Of a stretch of DNA of 64,000 bases, positions 56,992 through 64,000 are shown one piece after another (position 1 is the stretch's first letter; each line of letters opens with the position of its first letter). The notes beneath the pieces are model-generated. The model was not told the DNA's origin. It did no database searches and worked only from the letters and a program-made list of their open reading frames with translations. The stretch covers positions 62,001 to 126,000 of the IMG/VR virus record IMGVR_UViG_3300030107_006644; one strand, given 5' to 3'. The position numbers and the translations under genes are program-made.

Positions 56992-58346
56992 AATTAATAC
57001 TTGAAAAATGGCGAAAATACGAAGAAGAGCAGAGATTAGATGAGGTTGCCGAAATGGGCGATGAGTATGGTAGCCGATCAGATTCAGAACCCGGCCCTAG
57101 GGTCAGCGACGCCCTCCGCCGCTTCACGAGCCCGGAGTCAGCCGGAGGCCAACTCGGCAACATCGCCGGTGGCAAAGCGGCAAGCCGAAGTGTTCCGTCA
57201 CAGGTTGCAGGATTCGCCGGCGATATTCTCAATACCTATCAACAGTCTGGAGAGCACGACACTGCAGGCCACGATCCTGCCGGATCCGCCCGAACAGCCA
57301 TCGAATCTGGCGTGATCGAGCGAATTCCAAAACTTGGTCATGTCGGGTTAGCCACAGATATAGGGAATACCATACAACACCTGACTCAAGGCCGAGGAGC
57401 AGAAGCTGGCCGCACCGCCATGGCCGGCGCAGGTGATGCTCTCGGAGGTATTCTCGGCACAGCGCTCCTTGGCCCGGGCGTCGGCACTGCCATTGGAGCT
57501 ACAGCCGGCGACTGGGCTGGTCGGAGCTTAGGTCCGGGATCGGTGGCACACCGCAGATGGTCAGACCCGGGGCGTCTGATGAGTGATTTTGGCTACGAGG
57601 TCGGCGCTTTGGCCCCCGGAGGGGAAACGGCGATGCAACGATATGGCGACCGTGGCGTCGGCCAGACTTTGGATGATTTTGGCTACGAGGTCGGCGATGT
57701 TGTAGACCGCCGCGTTATCCAGCCGGCTGCTGAAGCAGCTGAATCGTTCCGGTCTGGAGAGATGTTCGGCCCACGAGGAACAGCAATTGCAAATTCGCCA
57801 TGGAACCCTCTTAGTCGAAATTTTGCTTTGTACGAGGGAGAAAGTATGGCAACACATCAAAAAACAGATCTACTAACAGAAGCGCAAGTTTTAAGAATGC
57901 GGCAATTATCGGGAATCAGTTCGAAAAGGAGGGTTGTTTTGAACGAAGAGGTAGCCACTGGCATGTGGGCCGTTGGTCTAATTGTTTATTTTCTCGTCCT
58001 CGGTGAAATGACTGACCGATGGCAAGTCGGAAAGCCGGAGGGGGGCCCACTTAGTGCTCTCGGTCGAGGCGTAAAGTCTGCATGGCAGAAGCTCAAGTCT
58101 TCCGCCGAATCCAAAGCTCAGCAAGGAGACGAAAGTCTTGAATCTGTTGTTGATGCTGTCGAATCTGAAGGAGCCCGCGCCGCTCAGTCCGCAAATTTGT
58201 CGGAAGAAGACATCGCCAGAATTCAATCAGAATTTGGAGATGACGAGCAGTTGGCAGCACTTCTCTCGCAACTTGAGGAAGCTCCACCAGAAGCATATGA
58301 GCAGGTTCTTATGCAAATTGAACAATACGTTAAATCAAAGCTATAG
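56988..58346 (+). CDS. leader-bearing hypothetical protein with glycine zipper and TM helix
   Basis: AAGGAG RBS; MKLILEKWRKY; GGILGTALLGPGVGTAIGATAG; MWAVGLIVYFLVLG. Confidence 0.75.
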   Translation: MKLILEKWRKYEEEQRLDEVAEMGDEYGSRSDSEPGPRVSDALRRFTSPESAGGQLGNIAGGKAASRSVPSQVAGFAGDILNTYQQSGEHDTAGHDPAGSARTAIESGVIERIPKLGHVGLATDIGNTIQHLTQGRGAEAGRTAMAGAGDALGGILGTALLGPGVGTAIGATAGDWAGRSLGPGSVAHRRWSDPGRLMSDFGYEVGALAPGGETAMQRYGDRGVGQTLDDFGYEVGDVVDRRVIQPAAEAAESFRSGEMFGPRGTAIANSPWNPLSRNFALYEGESMATHQKTDLLTEAQVLRMRQLSGISSKRRVVLNEEVATGMWAVGLIVYFLVLGEMTDRWQVGKPEGGPLSALGRGVKSAWQKLKSSAESKAQQGDESLESVVDAVESEGARAAQSANLSEEDIARIQSEFGDDEQLAALLSQLEEAPPEAYEQVLMQIEQYVKSKL

Positions 58347-58359
58347 TGGTAGGTAGGCA

Positions 58360-58998
58360 ATGAAACTCTTAATGGAAAATTGGCGAAGGTTTATAAACGA
58401 GGGCGCGGATCCGGAAGTCGTCCGCGATGCGTTCGCAAACACGCCTCCCGACTATATGGAGGCGTCCGTAAAGCAGAGAAACCCGGGCCCCGGATCTGCA
58501 GGTAGTACATTTTCGTCGCCAACTTCGGTACAAGAACTGGTTTCTGCTAACTGGGTACCTTACAATCATCCAGATATACAGAGCCCGGCAGTTGGGTTTA
58601 AAGCGCCGATATCTGGTGAGTTAGGAATTGCAGAAATAAGCGGACTACCAGACGATCAGGTTGTCAGATTTCAGCCCGCACACGGAGGCAAGGTGACCGT
58701 TAAAGACGAGAGCAGTCCTAAATTTGGCCAACAATTGGCAGAAGTGGCCACGGACATACCTGCTGGCAATAGAAATGTCAGTCATACAACTCTTATTTTA
58801 GGCCCATCACAAGAAGACCCAAACAAATTAAGGGTTTGGACCTTTTTCCCGGGCGATCCCACTCCAAAATTTCCAGACATTACGATGGACGATGTTCGAC
58901 GCGCTCTTGGCTCAAAAGAAGAGGAGGTCGTCGCCACTGTTGCTGATGCTAAGCAAATGGGTTACACTTTTGTCAAGCATGCCGAGGGTATTGCGTGA
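58360..58998 (+). CDS. leader-bearing hypothetical protein
   Basis: MKLLMENWRRFINE; C-terminal LILGP...VWTFFPGDP. Confidence 0.75.
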   Translation: MKLLMENWRRFINEGADPEVVRDAFANTPPDYMEASVKQRNPGPGSAGSTFSSPTSVQELVSANWVPYNHPDIQSPAVGFKAPISGELGIAEISGLPDDQVVRFQPAHGGKVTVKDESSPKFGQQLAEVATDIPAGNRNVSHTTLILGPSQEDPNKLRVWTFFPGDPTPKFPDITMDDVRRALGSKEEEVVATVADAKQMGYTFVKHAEGIA

Positions 58999-59456
58999 AG
59001 CTCCTACTTGAAAATTGGCGGAAGTATTTGAAAGAGGTTTCTATGGGCCGCGATATGACAAGCTCTATAGAATACACAGCCTTAGTGCTCGACAACGATT
59101 CGCATGAGAGGCTAGCCGTATACGCTCCAGAAGGGTGGAAAGTTATTGCCCACCATATGACAATCATCAGGCCTCACGAAATGAAAAGTGGTCGGCTACC
59201 AAGCCAATGGCTGGACTTTGAGGGATGCTTTGAAGTAACGCATATCGCTCAAAATGAGCAAGTCATGACTGCTCTGGTTGATCTTGGAGATACACCAATA
59301 CCGATGAAAGGGCCAGTCATGCCGCATGTCACTATTGCCACCAACCCGGAAACAGGTGGGAAGGCGTACATGTCCAACGATATTCCAATTACAAGCTTTG
59401 AAGAATTGTCGGAACCAATCAGCATATGCGGCGCCGTCGAGGAGGTGTTTAGATGA
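58995..59456 (+). CDS. 2H phosphoesterase-family protein with shared leader
   Basis: Two HxT motifs, HHMTI and PHVTI. Confidence 0.75.
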   Translation: MKLLLENWRKYLKEVSMGRDMTSSIEYTALVLDNDSHERLAVYAPEGWKVIAHHMTIIRPHEMKSGRLPSQWLDFEGCFEVTHIAQNEQVMTALVDLGDTPIPMKGPVMPHVTIATNPETGGKAYMSNDIPITSFEELSEPISICGAVEEVFR

Positions 59457-60427
59457 AGCTCCTATTTGAAAATTGGCGAAGGTTTATAACTGAAGAAACA
59501 GATGCAACAGGCGCTATGCCTGCACATCTTGACACAAAGAAGATCGAGGCTGCGAACCAAGAGCTTTTAGGCCAACAGGGTTATACTATCTTGCGTGAGC
59601 TTGGTAGAGGACACTACGGGGTTGTGTACGAGGTTCAGAATGAACAGAGCGGTGAGCGACTCGCAGCGAAAGTTGTCAGAAAGAGTGATAGAGAAACAGA
59701 GAATTACGAATTTGCGATGAAAAACAAGGGCTCAATGCCTCCTGAATATGCAAAATACTTGCCAGAGGTTAAAGAAATTATACCCGGAGCCTCAGACCGC
59801 AACATCATATTCATGGAGCTACTTAAACCTTTGCCAGACAGAGTGGCGCAGGAACTGTTTGCAATGGAAGATAAACCCGATGCATCGCAAAAAACAGAAA
59901 AGATCTTAAAAAGCCCCGAAGCGGTGGCTGAGTTAGTTCAAAGAATTGTCAACAATAATAGAATTTTAAACCAAATGCGCGACTTCTTAGTTAATCGGAA
60001 AGAGGTTACAAAAGCTGCCGTTAACGCAGCGACTAAATCTTCGCACTCGGATCCTGAAGGCCTCCTGAAGGCTGTGTATGGTGCCGTAGTCCGAGAACTT
60101 GAATTTCAAAGTGTTGGAGTTTACAAGTCTTTCGAGTCTGCTTTGAAGAATGATCTGCTGTTTTACTTAGATAAACAGGTTGTACCTGTTCACCAGCCAG
60201 AGCCAGACGATCCAGATGCGGATGATTTGTGGACAGGCCCGGCCATGGCAAAGACACAAGAGTTGTTCCCCGAGGCCGAGAACCTAATTAATGCTATGAG
60301 GTATTTTATGCAAGACCAGCAGTGGCGGCCTAAAGATGTGCACATAAAGAACGTTATGATGAGGCCATCGACTAATGATTTTGTAATTGTAGATCTGGGC
60401 TTGTTCCAGAGAGGGATATTTGAATGA
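59453..60427 (+). CDS. Ser/Thr protein kinase-like protein with shared leader
   Basis: LGRGHYGVVY, AAK, IFMELL, DVHIKNVM, IVDLG. Confidence 0.85.
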   Translation: MKLLFENWRRFITEETDATGAMPAHLDTKKIEAANQELLGQQGYTILRELGRGHYGVVYEVQNEQSGERLAAKVVRKSDRETENYEFAMKNKGSMPPEYAKYLPEVKEIIPGASDRNIIFMELLKPLPDRVAQELFAMEDKPDASQKTEKILKSPEAVAELVQRIVNNNRILNQMRDFLVNRKEVTKAAVNAATKSSHSDPEGLLKAVYGAVVRELEFQSVGVYKSFESALKNDLLFYLDKQVVPVHQPEPDDPDADDLWTGPAMAKTQELFPEAENLINAMRYFMQDQQWRPKDVHIKNVMMRPSTNDFVIVDLGLFQRGIFE

Positions 60428-61203
60428 AAGATTTATTAGATGCTTGGTCGAAATACGCCGATAGGCCCATGTTTGAAGAGATTATGCCTTCCGACGTCGA
60501 CACCGCCAGTTTTAGAATAAACGATGAACTTGAACACAGGGTATGGGATAAGGACGATAAATTGAAGCCAGAAATCCGCCAACGTCTTTTGGAAATAGCC
60601 TCGGAAGCTTGGGCCATTATGGGTCTTCCTACCGTAGCTGTTGACGACATAACTTTTACGGGCTCCTTGGCCAACTATAATTGGTCGTCATATTCTGATG
60701 TTGACTTGCATATACTGGTTGATTTTGGAAGCTTGCCGGGCCCCGAAGATTTGGCAGAAGTAATGATGAACGCAAAACGCGCCGCATGGAACAACAAGCA
60801 CGATATCACAATACACGGCTACGAGGTAGAGATATACATTCAGGATTCCAACGAAGTGCACCATTCTACCGGCGTATATTCGGTGCTGCATGATAGCTGG
60901 CTTGTCAAGCCCGAGAAAAAAAGGTTTACGATTGACTACGACAATGTTAAGCTTAAGGCTGCTCACATAATGAATCAAATTGATAAGATTGAAAATGTAT
61001 ATGAGCGCGGCGGCTATGAAGAGGCGATGCAAGATGTTGACAGGCTGAAAGAAAAGATCAGAAAGTTTAGAAAGTGTGGACTTGAACAAGGTGGCGAATA
61101 CTCATCGGAAAATATCGCATTTAAAGCACTTAGGAGAAATGGCTATCTGAAAAAGCTTTCGGATTTAAAGACAACCTCCTATGACAACTTAAGATCTATT
61201 TAG
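60424..61203 (+). CDS. Pol beta-superfamily nucleotidyltransferase
   Basis: TGSLANYNWSSYSDVDLH (GS..DxD), EVEIY, GEYSSENIAFKALRRNG. Confidence 0.85.
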   Translation: MKDLLDAWSKYADRPMFEEIMPSDVDTASFRINDELEHRVWDKDDKLKPEIRQRLLEIASEAWAIMGLPTVAVDDITFTGSLANYNWSSYSDVDLHILVDFGSLPGPEDLAEVMMNAKRAAWNNKHDITIHGYEVEIYIQDSNEVHHSTGVYSVLHDSWLVKPEKKRFTIDYDNVKLKAAHIMNQIDKIENVYERGGYEEAMQDVDRLKEKIRKFRKCGLEQGGEYSSENIAFKALRRNGYLKKLSDLKTTSYDNLRSI

Positions 61204-61212
61204 AAAATTCGC

Positions 61213-61241
61213 TTGACATTCTGGCCCGAATTGGCTATATT
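61213..61241 (+). promoter_or_regulatory. sigma70-like promoter for helicase
   Basis: TTGACA-17-TATATT. Confidence 0.75.
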
Positions 61242-61270
61242 AGTATTGGTGTATAACTATAACATTTGGA

Positions 61271-62653
61271 GTGCCCGTGTCTGAGACCCGTAGTGCAGAC
61301 TTTTCTAGATTTGGCAAATCCTTCCAAGAAGGCTTGTGTCAACTGATCATGCAAGATCGCCCGTTTGCTGATCAGATAGGCGAAGTATTAGATATAGGGT
61401 ATTTTGAACTCAAATATTTGCAAGTCTTTGTGCAGTGTGTGTTGTCGTATAAAGAGAAGTACAACGTACATCCCACGTCGAAGATTATGACAACCCTGCT
61501 TCGTACCGAAATAGATGATCAAAACGAGGCAACAAAAAAGCAGGTCCGAGACTTCTTTGCCCGGATTTACGAAACGGAGGTTGACGGCAACCAGTATATT
61601 AAAGAGACGGCGCTTGATTTTTGCAGGAAGCAGAACCTCAAGAACGCCATGATTAAATGTGTGCCGCTGCTGGAAGAGTCGTCTTTTGACGAAATCAGTT
61701 CGATTCTCAACTCATCACTAAAGCTTGGCCTGTGTAACGACTATGGATACGATTACCTAAAAGATTTCGAAGAGAGGTTCAAGTTTAAGCCAAGAAATCA
61801 AGTAAATACAGGATTTGAAGAGATTGATACGATTTCTAAGGGTGGCCTAGGGCAGGGCGAGTTGGGCGTAATCATTGCTCCCACTGGGGCTGGAAAATCT
61901 ATGGTGCTGGTGCACTTGGGCACTGAAGCGTTAAAAGCAGGTAAGACTGTCGTACATTATACGCTTGAGCTACAGGATGTTTCTATTGCCTCTAGGTACG
62001 ACAGTTGCCTTTCGGGGGTTCCGCTATCGGATCTGAATTCCTTTAAAGAAATGATATATGAAAAGGTGCAAGACACTCCGGGCCGACTAATTATTAAAGA
62101 GTATCCAACAAAGTCTGCGTCAGCTAAGACGTTAGGGGCTCATTTAGAGAAGCTAAAACAGCGCGGCGTAGAGGTGGATATGATAATTGTTGACTACGGG
62201 GACTTGCTGAGACCCAGTACCGCACATAGAGAAAGGAGGCATGACTTGCAGTCAATTTATGAAGAGTTAAGAGCTATTGCACAAGAGGTTCGCGCTCCGG
62301 TCTGGACCGCTTCACAAACCAATCGCTCTGGACTTAACGCAGAAGTTATCACGATGGAATCGATTAGCGAAGCTTTCAGCAAGTGTTTTGTTGCTGATTT
62401 TATCTTTTCGCTATCCAGAACAATCGAGGATAGAAACAGCAATGTAGGCAGAGTGTTCGTTGCAAAGAATAGATTTGGACCAGATGGGATAATCTATCCA
62501 ATTTATATGGATACTTCGCGCGTAAAGATAAAGGTGTATCCGAGCAACGGAGATACGCCCGGGGATGTGATGGCGAAGAGCGCGAAAGAACAGTCAGAAC
62601 TTCTCAAAGAGAAGTACAAAAAATTTAGAAAGGAAGAAAACGGGAGCAAATGA
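61271..62653 (+). CDS. replicative DnaB-like helicase (T4 gp41-like)
   Basis: APTGAGKS, YTLE, IIKEYPT, IVDYGDL, WTASQTNR, KNRFG. Confidence 0.95.
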   Translation: MPVSETRSADFSRFGKSFQEGLCQLIMQDRPFADQIGEVLDIGYFELKYLQVFVQCVLSYKEKYNVHPTSKIMTTLLRTEIDDQNEATKKQVRDFFARIYETEVDGNQYIKETALDFCRKQNLKNAMIKCVPLLEESSFDEISSILNSSLKLGLCNDYGYDYLKDFEERFKFKPRNQVNTGFEEIDTISKGGLGQGELGVIIAPTGAGKSMVLVHLGTEALKAGKTVVHYTLELQDVSIASRYDSCLSGVPLSDLNSFKEMIYEKVQDTPGRLIIKEYPTKSASAKTLGAHLEKLKQRGVEVDMIIVDYGDLLRPSTAHRERRHDLQSIYEELRAIAQEVRAPVWTASQTNRSGLNAEVITMESISEAFSKCFVADFIFSLSRTIEDRNSNVGRVFVAKNRFGPDGIIYPIYMDTSRVKIKVYPSNGDTPGDVMAKSAKEQSELLKEKYKKFRKEENGSK

Positions 62654-62656
62654 TTA

Positions 62657-64000
62657 ATGTATGACAAGCAGACTGTGATCGATAAGACACTGGAGTATTT
62701 TAATGGCGACGAATTAGCGACTAACGTGTGGACTACGAAGTACGCACTAAAAGATAAGGACGGCAACTACTTAGAGCAGAGCCCTGATGATATGCACCGA
62801 CGCATGGCTAAGGAATTTGCCCGGATAGAGGCAAAGTTTAACAGCGAGCGCGCACTTTCAGAAGAGGCAGTTTATGAATATTTGAAAGGGTTTAAGTATA
62901 TCGTTCCCCAAGGTTCGCCCATGATGGGCATAGGAAATAATCATGTTAACGTATCCTTATCAAATTGTGTCGTGGTGGATGCCCCAAGAGACAATATCTC
63001 AGATATCATTAACGCCGGAAGAGATCTTGCTAATTTATTTAAGCGGCGTTGTGGCGTCGGTGTTGATATCAGCAATCTACGCCCTGAAGGAACAGTAGTC
63101 AACAACTCAGCCGGCACCACCACTGGAGCGTGGTCTTTCGCAGATTTTTACTCGTATGTCTGTCGAATGATAGGCCAGAATGGTCGCCGTGGAGCCCTGA
63201 TGATCACAATGGATATTCGGCATCCCGATGTTGAAAAGTTTGTAAGCATGAAGCATGATCTCACAAAGGTGACCGGCGCAAACGTCTCGGTTAAGATCAG
63301 TGACAGCTTCATGGAGGCTGTAGAGAAGAATCAGAAATTCACCTTGCAGTTCCCGGTCGACTCAGATACTCCAACTTATACGTCCGAAATTGACGCAAAA
63401 GAACTATGGAATACTATTGTCGAATCTGCTACAAAGACAGCTGAACCCGGCTTGTTGATGTGGGATAATATCGTCAACACTCTACCGGCAGAATGCTATG
63501 CCGATGATGGCTTTAAGACCGTTACCACTAATCCGTGTGGGGAGATTCCTCTTTCCGCAAATGATTCATGCAGGCTGATTTCTGTAAATCTAAAAACTTT
63601 TGTAGAGCAGAAGTTTCAAAAAACTGCATCCTTTAATTTTTCTAAGTTTTCGGAAGTCGCAGCTATGGCAATGAGGCTTTCCGATGATCTTGTTGAATTG
63701 GAGTTGGAAAAGTTAGATAATATTCTTGAGGTTTGCGATACTGATGACGAAAAGGTGCTCTGGAACAAGCTCAGAAAAGCCTGCTCTGATGGCCGCAGAA
63801 CTGGTCTCGGTACTCACGGTCTGGCAGATGCAATAGCGTGTCTGGGGCTCAAATATGACTCCAAGAAGGCCATCACAGTCATAGAGCAGATATATGAAAC
63901 ATTGCGCAACGCAGCCTATATGGAGAGTGCACGCCTCGCCGAAGAGCGCGGCGCTTTCGAAGTGTTCGATTGGGAGAAGGAAAAGGACAACGAGTATATA
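62657..64000 (+). CDS. nrdJ: class II (adenosylcobalamin-dependent) ribonucleotide reductase, 3'-partial
   Basis: Translated by hand (missing from the track because no stop is reached): YFNGDELATNVWTTKYALKD, PQGSPM.GIGN, SLSNC, GRRGALM, TNPCGEIPL. Confidence 0.9.
   Translation, partial: MYDKQTVIDKTLEYFNGDELATNVWTTKYALKDKDGNYLEQSPDDMHRRMAKEFARIEAKFNSERALSEEAVYEYLKGFKYIVPQGSPMMGIGNNHVNVSLSNCVVVDAPRDNISDIINAGRDLANLFKRRCGVGVDISNLRPEGTVVNNSAGTTTGAWSFADFYSYVCRMIGQNGRRGALMITMDIRHPDVEKFVSMKHDLTKVTGANVSVKISDSFMEAVEKNQKFTLQFPVDSDTPTYTSEIDAKELWNTIVESATKTAEPGLLMWDNIVNTLPAECYADDGFKTVTTNPCGEIPLSANDSCRLISVNLKTFVEQKFQKTASFNFSKFSEVAAMAMRLSDDLVELELEKLDNILEVCDTDDEKVLWNKLRKACSDGRRTGLGTHGLADAIACLGLKYDSKKAITVIEQIYETLRNAAYMESARLAEERGAFEVFDWEKEKDNEYI

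Noticed and set aside
58360-58998. RNase-toxin assignment from the VWTFFPG motif
   Set aside because: The resemblance is too short to support without a structure search, so the gene is left as hypothetical.
446-63123. Numerous minus-strand and alternate-frame ORFs in the track
   Set aside because: They are shadows of long + strand genes, with no RBS or recognisable motifs, and the + strand genes tile the window tightly.
1-64000. Stop-codon reassignment, as seen in some large phages
   Set aside because: Core genes are intact in code 11 and end in TAA, TAG or TGA with normal coupling to the next gene.
5176-64000. Inteins, introns or homing endonucleases in terminase, helicase, RecA or RNR
   Set aside because: Lengths and motif spacing look normal, and no intein or LAGLIDADG/HNH motifs were noticed.

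Overview
All 64 kb look like a fragment of a large, lytic, T4-like contractile-tailed (myovirus/jumbo-type) dsDNA phage. Every credible gene is on the + strand and standard code 11 fits. In order: a Rad50/gp46-type ATPase (5'-partial, probably fused to an upstream domain); a holin/spanin-like trio; an Hc1 histone-like gene; terminase, portal and prohead protease; a phage ribosomal protein bS21; about 12 kb of repeat-rich fibre genes; scaffold and major capsid; neck, tail sheath and tube; a tail chaperone pair with a probable programmed frameshift; tape measure; baseplate genes; then a replication block (exonuclease-less PolA, degenerate tubulin/FtsZ-like protein, SSB, RecA/UvsX, FEN/RNase H, DnaB-like helicase, class II RNR). 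The most striking feature is an island at 53-61 kb. It holds unrelated proteins (Nudix, 2H phosphoesterase, protein kinase, nucleotidyltransferase, unknowns) that share an N-terminal MKLLxENWRxFLxE-type leader and lie downstream of the late-promoter motif. This suggests a capsid-targeting tag for a set of packaged, injected effectors. Other notable points: a circularly permuted baseplate paralogue, two clearly separable promoter classes, and apparent strict avoidance of CCWGG. All calls come from motif recognition by eye; no database searches were run.
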